Origin: Candidatus Eremiobacteria bacterium
GTDB taxonomy: Bacteria > Vulcanimicrobiota > Vulcanimicrobiia > Vulcanimicrobiales > Vulcanimicrobiaceae
Assembly: GCA_963758295.1 (NCBI GenBank)
Contig: CAVWUU010000001.1
Coordinates: forward strand, 32,001 to 96,000
Direction of reading: 5' to 3'
Length of the DNA stretch: 64,000 bases
A program made the translations under genes and the position numbers. The notes beneath the pieces are model-generated. The model was given only the letters and a program-made list of their open reading frames with translations. It was not told the origin of the DNA and searched no databases. Positions within the stretch are counted from its first letter, which is position 1; every line of letters starts with the position of its first letter. Of this stretch, positions 38,649 to 48,544 are shown one piece after another.

Positions 38649-39606
38649 GGGGAACCGGCACAGCGCGCAGCACTTCCGCCAAAACGGCAGCGGCGTCTAC
38701 GCCTTCGATCTCCGCTTCGGGCTGCACGATCAGTCGATGCGGAATGACGAGCGGTGCTACGTCCTTCACGTCGTCCGGGGTGACGAAGTCGCGGCCCTCC
38801 ATAGCCGCCGCCGCCTGCGACGCATGCAGCAACGCCACGCTCGCGCGCGGCGAAGCTCCGAGTGCAAGACGCGGAGTCGCACGCGTCGCAGCGACGATCT
38901 GGTAGAGATACTTTTGGAGTTCCCGAGCTACGTGCACGTTGCGAACTGCCGCCTGCGCTTGGACAATGTCAGCCGCGGACGCTACCGCGGCGATGCCGGA
39001 GAGGTCCAGCGCACGAGCATCAAAGCCGCCGGCCACGCGCCCAAGTAAGTCCAGCTCTTCCTCTTCGGCGGGATACGACGAACGAAACTTGATCGTAAAC
39101 CGGTCGAGCTGAGCTTCCGGCAGCGGATAAGTTCCTTCGTATTCGATCGGGTTTTGCGTTGCGCAAACCATGAAGGGTGACGGCAGTGCCATGGGATCGC
39201 CGTCGATCGTCACCTGGGCTTCTTCCATCGCTTCGAGCAACGCGGCCTGCGTTTTGGGGGGAGTCCGATTGATCTCGTCCGCCAGCACGATATTCGCGTC
39301 GATTGGACCGCGCCGCACGCTGAATTCCCCGGTGTGCGGATTGAAGACCGTCGTGCCGAGCACGTCGGCCGGCATCAGGTCCGGCGTGAACTGAATGCGC
39401 CGGAAGTCCAGCCCAAGCGCCGCCGCGAACGCTCGCACGGCGAGCGTTTTCCCCGTTCCCGGGACGCCTTCGATAAGCACGTGGCCTTTCGTCAGCAAAA
39501 CCGCGAGCAACGCGAAAGACGCCTTCTCGCCGCCGACAAGCGCGCGCCCAACTTCGGTGCGAACCCGCTCCGCCAGCATCTGAACGCCCGCGATTTGTGT
39601 GTCCAC
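38641..39606 (-). CDS. MoxR family AAA+ ATPase
   Basis: GVPGTGKT, RIQFTPDLMPAD, DEINR, ATQNPIEYEGTYPLPEAQLDRF and GASPR motifs. Confidence 0.95.
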   Translation of the reverse strand: MDTQIAGVQMLAERVRTEVGRALVGGEKASFALLAVLLTKGHVLIEGVPGTGKTLAVRAFAAALGLDFRRIQFTPDLMPADVLGTTVFNPHTGEFSVRRGPIDANIVLADEINRTPPKTQAALLEAMEEAQVTIDGDPMALPSPFMVCATQNPIEYEGTYPLPEAQLDRFTIKFRSSYPAEEEELDLLGRVAGGFDARALDLSGIAAVASAADIVQAQAAVRNVHVARELQKYLYQIVAATRATPRLALGASPRASVALLHASQAAAAMEGRDFVTPDDVKDVAPLVIPHRLIVQPEAEIEGVDAAAVLAEVLRAVPVPRD

Positions 39607-40490
39607 TAGCCTTCCTTTCGGATCCATGCGTAGAGGCGCGCCGCGTGCAGAACCGCGGCGTCACCGGGATTGCGTCGCTGCGCAAGCTGTTGCAAGTCCT
39701 GAAGTTTCGATTGCGTTTCGGCGTGGTGCGTGCGCGGGTGCGCGCGCGCAGCATCTTCCGCAAACCGCGCGATAGCGGCTCGCCCGGCGCGCCCGCGCCT
39801 CAGCATCGTCGCCATCGAGCGAATGTACGACGAAGAGTCTCGTTCTTGCGGCAGCTCCAGCGTATCCGGCGGTAAGATTCGCACGTTAGCGTCGATGAGC
39901 ATCAAAACCAGGATAGCCGCCGCTATCCAAACCGCGGCGTGCACGGTTTGGGGAAGCGCTGCCCAAAAGCTTCGGTCCTGAACGTAGCCATGAAGCCGCT
40001 CATCAAAGAGCACGGTCCCGCGTCCCGCCACGGCGCCATACACGGCAAGCGCGGCGGCGGGATTGCGCGCAAGGGCCGCGTTCGTATACCGCGCGGGATC
40101 GAAGCGGATCGCCATTTTCCCAAGCGTTCTTGCGAGCGTTGAACCGCGCTCGGCGAACACCAGCACGCGCCCGTGTTTAGCGAAATCCTTCAACTGCTCC
40201 ACGTCACTCGAATCCAACGAACCGTATGGAGCGCCGGCCAAACGTTCGCGGCTCGTTTCGGTAATCGCGACGACGCCCGCCTGCGACACAAGCGCCAGCT
40301 GCGTTTCCAATCGCGCAACGGGGATCCGTTCGCGCGTCAAGACACCGTATAACGCTCGATATCCGTCCGGTCCGCCATCGTACGTGGAATAGACGGAAAC
40401 GTTTCCTCGAGGATGTTGCAAGACCGCAACCGCGATGAGAATCGCAAAAGCGGCGAAAAGCGCGATCGTTTCCCCAAATCGAAATTTCAC
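39606..40490 (-). CDS. DUF4350-like membrane protein
   Basis: S.YSTY..GP.GY.ALY and VLFDERLHGY motifs with TM helices, in a MoxR cluster. Confidence 0.65.
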   Translation of the reverse strand: MKFRFGETIALFAAFAILIAVAVLQHPRGNVSVYSTYDGGPDGYRALYGVLTRERIPVARLETQLALVSQAGVVAITETSRERLAGAPYGSLDSSDVEQLKDFAKHGRVLVFAERGSTLARTLGKMAIRFDPARYTNAALARNPAAALAVYGAVAGRGTVLFDERLHGYVQDRSFWAALPQTVHAAVWIAAAILVLMLIDANVRILPPDTLELPQERDSSSYIRSMATMLRRGRAGRAAIARFAEDAARAHPRTHHAETQSKLQDLQQLAQRRNPGDAAVLHAARLYAWIRKEG

Positions 40491-41092
40491 GCGCGCACTC
40501 GCTCGGCGAGCCGTTGATAGGCCAGTTCGGTCCGTTGCCAAAGGGTGATGTCGACGGGTTTCTCTGCATATGCAGCGTCGGTATACGCGCGTGCAAGATC
40601 TACAAACGAGTCTTCCGCTCCGGGAACCCGTCCGCGCAACACCCGGCGAACGTCTTTGATGGTTGCGCTTGCGTCGTCGGCGACCACTCCGCGGACGTCC
40701 AGCAACGCGATTGCCGCTGCGAATAAAAACCGTACCGCCTCCGCATATTTTTCCGCCTCCGCAGCCGTGCGCGCTTGCGCCAGTAGCGCGTAGGCGCTCT
40801 GCGAGGGAGTGCCGAGGGCGTACACGGCGACTCGACGTTCGCGCGAGAGTTGAAGCGCCGCCAATAGCCGCGAAACGGCAAGCGCGATTACCACGACACA
40901 GAACAATACGACTACGTCGCCGGCAATTGACGCCGAATGCGCGTTCACGCGCAAGTGCGGAAGAAAGCGGTGCGCAAACTGCGTCCATCGATCTCCCAGC
41001 CACATCGCAAAAAGCTGCCACCACGTTGGGTGCGCTTGCGGGCCCGCTACGCGCAAGTGGTAACGGCCGGGGACGGCAAGTTCGGCCCGCAC
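40487..41092 (-). CDS. DUF4129 domain protein
   Basis: YAEAVR.LF...I..L and F..L...Y..A.YA motifs, in a MoxR cluster. The start is uncertain. Confidence 0.65.
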   Translation of the reverse strand: MRAELAVPGRYHLRVAGPQAHPTWWQLFAMWLGDRWTQFAHRFLPHLRVNAHSASIAGDVVVLFCVVVIALAVSRLLAALQLSRERRVAVYALGTPSQSAYALLAQARTAAEAEKYAEAVRFLFAAAIALLDVRGVVADDASATIKDVRRVLRGRVPGAEDSFVDLARAYTDAAYAEKPVDITLWQRTELAYQRLAERVRA

Positions 41093-41118
41093 CGCCGAAA
41101 CGATGTCTTGCGGAGGAG

Positions 41119-42054
41119 CTAAGGCGTGCTTAGACGTTGGAGCGCGACCTCGAGATCGAGGCCTTCCGCGCGGGTGCGCACGTCGAAGTAATACACGGCG
41201 ATGACGATGGTCAGAAACGCGGTCAGCGCACTGGACACCAGCGCGTTCACGATCAGCTCGATCGCCAGTTGATGGACGGTTGCCATCAGTAATAGACTCA
41301 CGGTCGTACTGATCATCAGCACGCCAAACTCGAGCGCAACGTATGAAAGCGCGATGAGGAGCGATTTGCCGATCTCGCGCCGGTTGAAGATTCGGCGAAA
41401 CGCCGTGCCGACAGCGGAGGCTGCTCCCATTCCTTCAAGTGCCGCCGAGTACGTTGCAAAAGCGTACGAAAGAAACAGCAACAGAAAGAGCGCCGACACG
41501 GCAAGCACGGCGATGGCTAGAAGCACGAACAACAAAACCGCAAGAGGCAGCGCGGGCTTGATCGCCAGAACAGCCACTACGCCGATGAGGATGAGTGCTG
41601 TAAGCGATGCGACGTAAACGCCGACGATTATGCACAATTCCAAAAGAGCGGCGCCCAAAATCTGCGGCCATCTCGGCAGCACCGCAAGAAAGCTTTCACG
41701 GTAATTGGGACGCTGCTCATTATACGCGGCTGCGACGCCCGCGGCGCCGGCGGCCGCCACAATCGGCGAAAGCAGCACTAACGCTACCATCGCGGCTCCG
41801 AATATCGCCAGCGACTTTCCCGAAAACGCTGCGTCTTTTGTGTGTTTTTCCGGATGCTCGATTTGATCGATCGTTTGCGCCAGGCCGGCGTTCTTAGCCG
41901 GCGACACGGCGTACTGCACCAGGCTGTATGGCGCCAAGATCGTGAGCACCATCAAGGTGAAGACCGCGAAATTACGGACATAGATCGTTACGGCCCGGTC
42001 GAAGATCTCTCCGATGCCGAGCGCGCGCAAGGGATAATTCGGCGCCGATTCCAT
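41119..42054 (-). CDS. Membrane protein (MoxR-cluster, GDPD-membrane-domain-like)
   Basis: LRALGIGEIFDRAV.IY and YFDVRTRAEGLDL termini with multiple TM helices. Confidence 0.7.
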   Translation of the reverse strand: MESAPNYPLRALGIGEIFDRAVTIYVRNFAVFTLMVLTILAPYSLVQYAVSPAKNAGLAQTIDQIEHPEKHTKDAAFSGKSLAIFGAAMVALVLLSPIVAAAGAAGVAAAYNEQRPNYRESFLAVLPRWPQILGAALLELCIIVGVYVASLTALILIGVVAVLAIKPALPLAVLLFVLLAIAVLAVSALFLLLFLSYAFATYSAALEGMGAASAVGTAFRRIFNRREIGKSLLIALSYVALEFGVLMISTTVSLLLMATVHQLAIELIVNALVSSALTAFLTIVIAVYYFDVRTRAEGLDLEVALQRLSTP

Positions 42055-42107
42055 CTTGCCGCGCGGTTCTTGAGGAATTAGAAGCCTTCCTATGGTATGG
42101 ATGGCCT

Positions 42108-42743
42108 ATGGAAATCGGCTCCGTCGCCAACATCTGGCGATACCCGGTGAAAAGCTTACGCGGCGATTCGCTGGAAAGCACCGTCGTCCAAAACGACGGA
42201 ATTCCGGGCGATCGGGCTCGCGCACTGGTCGTGCGCGACGGGCACGTCCGCGCCGGAAAAACGTATCGCGGCAAAGAGAACAACGTCTTGCACCTCCAAA
42301 ACGCGGTGGACGCGGCCGTGTCTGCCGCGCAGGAGCGCGGCGTAGAGGTGAGCGTGGAAGACACGGAATTGCATTACTTCGACGATGCGCCCGTATCGAT
42401 TCTCGTGGACCGGTGGCTGCGCGGACTTTCCGCGCACGTCGGCTTCGAGGTAGAGCCGGAACGATTCCGGCCAAACTTTTTCGTTCGGGGGGCCGCGTCT
42501 TTCACCACTGACGAAGCGGCGCTCACCGGGCGCGAGTTGTGTGTGGGTGACGTGTGGCTGCGCGTTCGTTATCCAATCGAACGATGCGTCGTAACCACCT
42601 ACGACCAGCGCACGGGCGAAAGCAATTCCGAGATCTTGCGGTACGTTGCGCAAAATCGCTCGACGTGGATGGGAATCTATTGCGACGTGCTGCGCGCCGG
42701 CACCGTGCGAATCGGCGATTCGCTGGCGCTCGCCGAGCGGTGA
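42108..42743 (+). CDS. MOSC domain protein
   Basis: IWRYPVKS, RFRPN, RCVVTT and G.VRIGD motifs. Confidence 0.9.
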   Translation: MEIGSVANIWRYPVKSLRGDSLESTVVQNDGIPGDRARALVVRDGHVRAGKTYRGKENNVLHLQNAVDAAVSAAQERGVEVSVEDTELHYFDDAPVSILVDRWLRGLSAHVGFEVEPERFRPNFFVRGAASFTTDEAALTGRELCVGDVWLRVRYPIERCVVTTYDQRTGESNSEILRYVAQNRSTWMGIYCDVLRAGTVRIGDSLALAER

Positions 42744-43033
42744 ACGTCACGCACGATCTTTTCCAGCGCGTCGATATAGGATAAAAACCGTTCCCGTCCG
42801 GCGGAGGTGATGCGGACGATCGTTTGCGGGCGGCCCCGCCCGGTCAACCGTTCGGTGGCGACGATATGCTCTTCGGCCAACGCGTGCAGATGGCGATTCA
42901 AATTTCCGTCGGTAAGTTCGCACACTTCTTGCAGTTGCGTGAAAGAGACGCCACCGGCATTGGCGACGAGCGTGGAACAAATCGCGAGACGGCCGCGCTC
43001 GTGGAAAACGCGATCGAGATTCGTCGCGCTCAT
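42677..43033 (-). CDS. Winged-helix transcriptional regulator (MarR/ArsR-like)
   Basis: LDRVFHERGRLAI, SFTQL...LTDGNLNRHL and T.AGRERF motifs. ATGA overlap with the upstream gene. Confidence 0.85.
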   Translation of the reverse strand: MSATNLDRVFHERGRLAICSTLVANAGGVSFTQLQEVCELTDGNLNRHLHALAEEHIVATERLTGRGRPQTIVRITSAGRERFLSYIDALEKIVRDVHRSASASESPIRTVPARSTSQ

Positions 43034-43635
43034 GGGTTCACGACCCGTTCGCGCAAAAGCATCACGCCGATCGCCATTTGACCGGCGCCGAATCCGAGCG
43101 GCAACACCCACCACGACAGTGCAAACGAAGCGGGAGCGAACAATAGCCCCATTCCCGCAAACATGAACAAGGCCGCAACGGCAATTGCGCCTCGCGGAAT
43201 CATCGTCCGCGAAGCAAAAAGCCCAACGCCGTAACAGCCGAACCAGATGCCGGGCAGATACGAGATGTGTCCGCCTTGCAGTAAGGCAAATGAAATGGCG
43301 GCGCCAAGAACGAGCGCCGGAAGAATTGCCAGACCGACCGTGCGCGTTTGCCAGCGATCCCGCGCGCTCGCATCGCTTACGAACCAATGCGCGATCGCGC
43401 CGTAGTTCACGATCGCCGCGCCTGCGCAGCAAACCAGCCAAATGGCAAAGTACTGCCGGCCTTGCATCGCCGTTTGCGGCAACGGCACCATCAACGCTTG
43501 AACGGCCCCTGCGACGAGCGCGAAGACGCCCGATGCGGCCGCAGCGACCCCGGAGTATCCCTTGAAGCGCTGCGTCATTGCCAGGCGCTCCCGCACCTCG
43601 GCAATATCGATCAGAGCGCGCTCGATCTCGGTCAT
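43030..43635 (-). CDS. Hypothetical membrane protein
   Basis: AL.DIAEVRE N-terminus and about 6 TM helices, coupled to the regulator. Confidence 0.7.
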   Translation of the reverse strand: MTEIERALIDIAEVRERLAMTQRFKGYSGVAAAASGVFALVAGAVQALMVPLPQTAMQGRQYFAIWLVCCAGAAIVNYGAIAHWFVSDASARDRWQTRTVGLAILPALVLGAAISFALLQGGHISYLPGIWFGCYGVGLFASRTMIPRGAIAVAALFMFAGMGLLFAPASFALSWWVLPLGFGAGQMAIGVMLLRERVVNP

Positions 43636-43711
43636 GTCAGTACTTTGTACCACAAAGCCGCCGCCCGCTCAACGGCGCCGGGCGCCCGCTTCCGGGCACT
43701 TTATCTTTTGC

Positions 43712-44392
43712 ATGAATCGTTCGCAGCGCGGGTTTGCCACGATCGAACTGCTGGTCTCCGCGGCAATAGCGTTCTTCCTGATCTGGGGCCTAATCGCAGT
43801 CGCCAATCGCTGCGCGGCATGGGCAGCGTCCGAAAATGCAACGCTTGCCGGGCAGAGCGCTGCGGCTACGCTCGCGGAGCGGCTCGGAAGCGAGGCGGAC
43901 AGCTCCTGGGCCGTCTTCGTTCCCACGAACGACGTCCTCGGCGCATCGAACGGGGACGGACATGAAGTAGATTTTTTCACCGAGGACGGCGCACATCGAC
44001 CTTTCGCATGGGCATACCGCTACGATGCTGCCTCCAGGCTCGTCACGCGTTACAGCTATGCCCCTGGCATTGGTGCGCAGGCTGGTGAATCCGCCGGTCC
44101 GTTTGATTCGTTTGCAGCCGTTGCGGTCGCCGCGCCGAGCATCACAGCGGACCGGCTCTTTGCCGGCGCATCGGTTCCCGGCGTGCAATACCACTTCGAC
44201 ACCATGCCCGAAGCGATCGGCGGAAACGGCTTAGTGCACGTGGCGATTCGCGCGCGCGGTATCGTGGAGAACGAAATGCTGGCGAGTGCGACGGCGCCGA
44301 CCTCTTTTACCGTCGTTCTGAATTACACGCCGGCTCCGCCGCCCGCAACGCCCACGCCTGGGGCGATTCCGACGTTGACGCCTACGCCGTAA
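43712..44392 (+). CDS. Type IV pilin-like / pseudopilin protein
   Basis: Class III signal QRG|FATIELLV followed by a hydrophobic helix, with a Pro/Thr-rich C-terminal tail. Confidence 0.7.
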   Translation: MNRSQRGFATIELLVSAAIAFFLIWGLIAVANRCAAWAASENATLAGQSAAATLAERLGSEADSSWAVFVPTNDVLGASNGDGHEVDFFTEDGAHRPFAWAYRYDAASRLVTRYSYAPGIGAQAGESAGPFDSFAAVAVAAPSITADRLFAGASVPGVQYHFDTMPEAIGGNGLVHVAIRARGIVENEMLASATAPTSFTVVLNYTPAPPPATPTPGAIPTLTPTP

Positions 44393-45005
44393 CCGAAGCG
44401 CGCTCCATGAGTTCGGCGAGGGCCGCGTCATTTTCGCGATTTGTCGACCGCAGGCCGGCGATTGCGCCGTCACGATCTTCGGCCGCACGATTTTGACTCA
44501 GTTTAAACTTCACGTCCAATGCATCGACCGTGAAATGTACACCGACGATGCCCTTCAGCTGCGATTCGATGTACTTCGGATTCGCGGAGTCGATCGACCA
44601 CGCGTCCTCACCGTCGCCTTCGTTGATTTCCGTGAGCAACTGAAGAATCTGAAGCGTTTCTTCATCGCCGGTGACGCGCGCCGATGCGCTTACATGGACG
44701 ACGGCATAGTTCCACGTAGGAACGTTGTCCGGTGGTTCGACGTACCAACGCGGCGAAATATAGCCATGCGGCCCGTGAAACAGTAGCGTTGCGCCGCACG
44801 CTTCAACGTCTTTCCAATGTCGGTTCGCGCGCGCAAAGTGCGCACCAACGATCAATTGCGGCGTTTGGGCGACAATGACGCACGGCAGATAAGAAATGCG
44901 CGGATTGCCCTCAACGATGCTTACGATCGTTGCGAAGGGATACTCGCGCATGAGGCGCACCGCGTCGTCTTGCCCCGTTATGCGAAAAGGCACCGGTACG
45001 TACAT
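44382..45005 (-). CDS. PaiB-like FMN-binding negative transcriptional regulator family
   Basis: MYVP..F, HFARAN, GPHGYISPRWY, VPTWNY and KFKLSQNR motifs. Confidence 0.9.
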   Translation of the reverse strand: MYVPVPFRITGQDDAVRLMREYPFATIVSIVEGNPRISYLPCVIVAQTPQLIVGAHFARANRHWKDVEACGATLLFHGPHGYISPRWYVEPPDNVPTWNYAVVHVSASARVTGDEETLQILQLLTEINEGDGEDAWSIDSANPKYIESQLKGIVGVHFTVDALDVKFKLSQNRAAEDRDGAIAGLRSTNRENDAALAELMERASVTA

Positions 45006-45053
45006 GAAAGTGAATTTGCGGAGGCCCGGTGCCCACTCCTTGAACGCACCCTG

Positions 45054-46304
45054 CTAGAAGGCCGTGATGCCGTTCGGCGTTCCGACGCCTGTTGGACCGT
45101 CGTAGCCTTTGCCGGAATGGCAGATATACGTAATCGTGCATGTGCCGTTGCTGCCGCTAACGACGTCGTTCAACGAAGCCGTACCTAGATGTTTCCAAAG
45201 GCTTTGCGCCGCGATCAGCGTTTTTGCATTTCCCGCAAGGGCGTAGACGGACGCGACGATCGGACTCGACGTGCTCGTTCCTCCGAATACGAGCCAGCCG
45301 GAATAGCCGTTGACCGGGATGCTGTCGTAGACGGCGACGCCCGTATTGGGATCGGCAACGGCCGCAATGTCGGCTTCGGAACGTTTATGACACGTGAGAT
45401 CCGTCTGCCATGCCGGCTTGGTCACGTACGCGCTGCAGCCGCTGCCGCTTCCGCTCCATGCCGTTTCGCTCCAGCCGCGTGTCGTGGAAGAACGTCTGAG
45501 AGTCGTTCCGCCGACGCACACCACGGTTGCATACGAACACGGTTGATGCGCGCCATAGCCGCTGTCGCCCGATGATGCGGTGATAATGACGCCCGCGTGC
45601 GAATACGATGCGTTGGCCGAGACGTATTCGCTGCCGTCGTAGCTATTGCTCACTTCCGTCGCGCCGAGTTTGACCGCTTCGTTTACCGCTGCAGCCAGGT
45701 TCGTTGATGCAGCGGTGGACGCTTCGACGAGAAGAATGTGACAGTTCGGACACGTCGCCGAAACCATATCCAAATCGAGCGAAATCTCTTGCGCCCACCC
45801 TGGATTTGCAGCCGGAAGTGCGGTTGCGCTACCGGTTTGGCCAACTTTGCGGAAACAGCCATTGGCGATCGTGCAGGCCGGCAGTGCGAAGCGCGTGCGA
45901 TATACGGCTAAATCTTTGGCCGCATTCGGATCGTCGTACGCATCGACGATTGCGACAGTTTGGCCGTGGCCGCCGGTCGACGACGGAAGTTTGTATGCGC
46001 TTTGAATCGAGGATGGCCCGTAGCCAGGAGGTGCGCTTATGGCTTCGGCGCTTTCGCGGCCCGGCGGCGCGAGATCGGTGCGAAATTCTGCATCGCATCG
46101 CATGTCGTCGCCCGGTAATAACGCAGCGCACGACTGCATGACGTTCGCCGCAAGCGTTGCCGGCGCACTATCGAGCGACGGAACGACACCTAACGGAGAA
46201 GATGAGTTTGCGCCGCTACAAGCGGCCAACAGCAGAGCAACGGCCGCTCCAAAAAAGAAGCGTGGAAAATGAAGGCGGGACAAGTGGGGAACCTCCTGGG
46301 ACAC
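45054..46304 (-). CDS. S53/S8 (sedolisin-like) serine peptidase, lipoprotein
   Basis: EISLD, SSGDSG, VGGT and GGTSTSSP motifs, Ca-binding GYDGPTGVGTPNG, lipobox LAAC. Confidence 0.88.
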   Translation of the reverse strand: MSQEVPHLSRLHFPRFFFGAAVALLLAACSGANSSSPLGVVPSLDSAPATLAANVMQSCAALLPGDDMRCDAEFRTDLAPPGRESAEAISAPPGYGPSSIQSAYKLPSSTGGHGQTVAIVDAYDDPNAAKDLAVYRTRFALPACTIANGCFRKVGQTGSATALPAANPGWAQEISLDLDMVSATCPNCHILLVEASTAASTNLAAAVNEAVKLGATEVSNSYDGSEYVSANASYSHAGVIITASSGDSGYGAHQPCSYATVVCVGGTTLRRSSTTRGWSETAWSGSGSGCSAYVTKPAWQTDLTCHKRSEADIAAVADPNTGVAVYDSIPVNGYSGWLVFGGTSTSSPIVASVYALAGNAKTLIAAQSLWKHLGTASLNDVVSGSNGTCTITYICHSGKGYDGPTGVGTPNGITAF

Positions 46305-46343
46305 CCATTGAACCCGCTGCTCCGTGGTTGCGTCAAGAGTTTG

Positions 46344-47150
46344 TTACATTTTTCCCTGTTTTACGCAACTGTACAGAGCTAAATAGCAATCAGGCGCAAT
46401 GTCGAGCGTCGCTTGAATGGGCGTAACTTCGCACGAGCCCAGTTTCTCGTGAAAGATCAAAAACGGCGGCGTCTTTGCGGGAATGATAATCTGCCACCGG
46501 TCCCATGCCGCGCGAAATTCGGGGCTTTCTCGCATGACGCTTAAGAGTTCTTCGAAATGCGTGTCGCCGCGATACTTGCAATAAAGCGCGCGGAAACTTG
46601 CTACCGCGTTGATCGAAACTTTCTCCCAATTTACGTACAGCTTGCGCCGCGCCGGATCGAAGAACATGCGCCACAGCAAATTGCGTTCGAGCGGTGAGCT
46701 GCCCGCGTGATAATCAAAGATCTCCTCGGTGAAAGCGTTCCACACCAGCAGGTCCAAGCGCGGCGTCGCAATGTACGCCGGTGCATGCACGTGCGACTCA
46801 ACGAGCGTACGCAACACGTTCGGAACTCCCGGGTTGAGCGTGCAGCGTTGCGGCTCCTCACGCAACAGCGTGTGCATGAAGTCGATTTCGGAATCACTGA
46901 ACCGCAGTGCAGTGCCGATCTTATCCAACACTTCCGGCGAAATGTTGATAGGGCGCGCTTGCTCGATCCAGGTGTACCACGTGGTAGAAATTCCCGCGAG
47001 CGACGCGACTTCTTCGCGGCGCAATCCCGGAACGTGGCGGCGCGTCGTTTGCGTCAGGCCGACGTCCAGAGGCCGCACGGACGAACGCCGCGCGCGCAAA
47101 AAGGCCGCCAGATCTTGACGCCGCGCGTCCGCGACAAGGGTATCGAGCAT
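46344..47150 (-). CDS. XRE-family HTH regulator with MmyB-like ligand-binding domain
   Basis: LAAFLRARR, PGLRREEVA.LAGISTTWYTWIEQ.R and RNLLW.MF.DP motifs. Confidence 0.9.
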   Translation of the reverse strand: MLDTLVADARRQDLAAFLRARRSSVRPLDVGLTQTTRRHVPGLRREEVASLAGISTTWYTWIEQARPINISPEVLDKIGTALRFSDSEIDFMHTLLREEPQRCTLNPGVPNVLRTLVESHVHAPAYIATPRLDLLVWNAFTEEIFDYHAGSSPLERNLLWRMFFDPARRKLYVNWEKVSINAVASFRALYCKYRGDTHFEELLSVMRESPEFRAAWDRWQIIIPAKTPPFLIFHEKLGSCEVTPIQATLDIAPDCYLALYSCVKQGKM

Positions 47151-47233
47151 CGAACTCGGTCTCCGTGGGTAGCTGCGGTACTAGTATTGCTGAGGGCCTT
47201 GTTTACCAGGCGGGCCTGACGTAGCCTGCTAAC

Positions 47234-47566
47234 ATGAGCGCTTCGCTGCGCGCGACCGTAGTTGGACTTCGTCACGTAGAAGACGAGGTGAGTCTGGCGC
47301 GTTCCAAACCGAGCAAGCAGGCCTTGGACACGATCTCGCAAGTTCTGGTTAACGTCAGCGGAGCACGCGAGCAATTGCGCGAGGTCCACCAGAGTGCGGC
47401 ACCCGAGCGCCGGAAGCAGCTCTCACGCGCCTTGCAGCATCTCGAAAGCGCCCTGGAAGCGGCGAATACCGCTCTCCGGCCCGGCGGCGAAGACCGGCTT
47501 CAAGGCTGCCTCAACGAGATCGTCGAGCACCTCGTCATCGCGACGACCTGCGCCTCGGACGAGTAG
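47234..47566 (+). CDS. Hypothetical helical protein
   Basis: 110-aa ORF divergent from the regulator, preceded by a TAGCCT -10-like hexamer. Confidence 0.5.
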   Translation: MSASLRATVVGLRHVEDEVSLARSKPSKQALDTISQVLVNVSGAREQLREVHQSAAPERRKQLSRALQHLESALEAANTALRPGGEDRLQGCLNEIVEHLVIATTCASDE

Positions 47567-47605
47567 CAGCAGCCGCTCCGCCCGCACCGCGGGTATGCAA
47601 AGAGC

Positions 47606-48493
47606 GTGATCTACGAGCTCTGCGGCCATCGCATCGACGTTCCGCACGCGACCAAGGTTCTCTGGGCCGGACCCCGCTATACGGTTGACGATCTAATTCG
47701 TTACTACACGGCCGTCTGGCCCTGGATGGAACCCTACCTAGCCGATCGTCCGGTTGTCTACGAAACGTTTCCCGGTACGATCGACGGCCCGCACGACTTC
47801 CAACAGGATCCGCCGCCGCACACTCCGCGGTGGATAAAGCGAGTAAAGATCGCCGGCCGGGAACGCACCGTCACGTACGTCGTCATCGATACGCCGGCCG
47901 CAATCGTGTATTTGGCCGGTCTTTACGCGGTTACGCTCCATGTTTGGATGTCAACGACGCGCGCGATTGAGCGTCCCGACTTTCTGCTGCTCGACCTCGA
48001 TCCCGGAATCGACTGCACGCTGGCACGCCTTGCGCGCGTTTCGTTGATGGCGCGCGATATCTTCAAAACAAACGGCTTCCGCGACGTCAGGGTAAAAAGT
48101 TCGGGCGCCAGCGGTTTGCACGTTTCGGCAGCGCTTGAATCGAAAGAAGCGTATCCGGCAGCTCGAGCTGCCGCGCGCGGGCTTGCGGCACAGCTCTTTG
48201 AAATGCTGCCGCGCGACGTAACACTGGAACGCGCAATTAGCGTTCGTCCGTCCAATGCGGTTTACGTGGACTTCAATCAAATGGGACGTGGAATGACGAT
48301 CGTTCCACCGTTTTCTGCGCGCGCGTCCAACAACGCGTCGGTCGCCATGCCCCTCACTTGGGATGAAATCGACGAACACGCTCGGAGCAAAAGCCGCCGG
48401 CCGCCGGCGGGCGCGCTTGCCCGCTATACGATTAAGAGCGCCGTTCCGTTCCTGCAACGGCACGGCGATCCGTGGATGCGCGACGTTCGCTAA
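47606..48493 (+). CDS. Standalone LigD polymerase (primase-like) domain
   Basis: YY..V...M.PYL.DRP, RPD..LLDLDP, KSSGASGLHV, VYVDFNQ and PFSARA...VAMPL.W.E motifs. Confidence 0.88.
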   Translation: MIYELCGHRIDVPHATKVLWAGPRYTVDDLIRYYTAVWPWMEPYLADRPVVYETFPGTIDGPHDFQQDPPPHTPRWIKRVKIAGRERTVTYVVIDTPAAIVYLAGLYAVTLHVWMSTTRAIERPDFLLLDLDPGIDCTLARLARVSLMARDIFKTNGFRDVRVKSSGASGLHVSAALESKEAYPAARAAARGLAAQLFEMLPRDVTLERAISVRPSNAVYVDFNQMGRGMTIVPPFSARASNNASVAMPLTWDEIDEHARSKSRRPPAGALARYTIKSAVPFLQRHGDPWMRDVR

Positions 48494-48544
48494 AACTCTT
48501 CCAAGCAAGTTCAGCGCTTTGCATCGCCTTCCGATGCACAACTT

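Noticed and set aside
35588..42054. MoxR-DUF58-DUF4350-DUF4129-SpoIIM-RDD cluster as a new system or as evidence of sporulation
   Set aside because: This is a widespread, already recognised gene neighbourhood in non-sporulating bacteria, and nothing unusual is visible here.
48494..48544. Guanidine riboswitch ahead of the DUF1989-containing operon
   Set aside because: The gap is only about 50 nt and has neither the twin ACGR-loop hairpins of guanidine-II nor room for guanidine-I.
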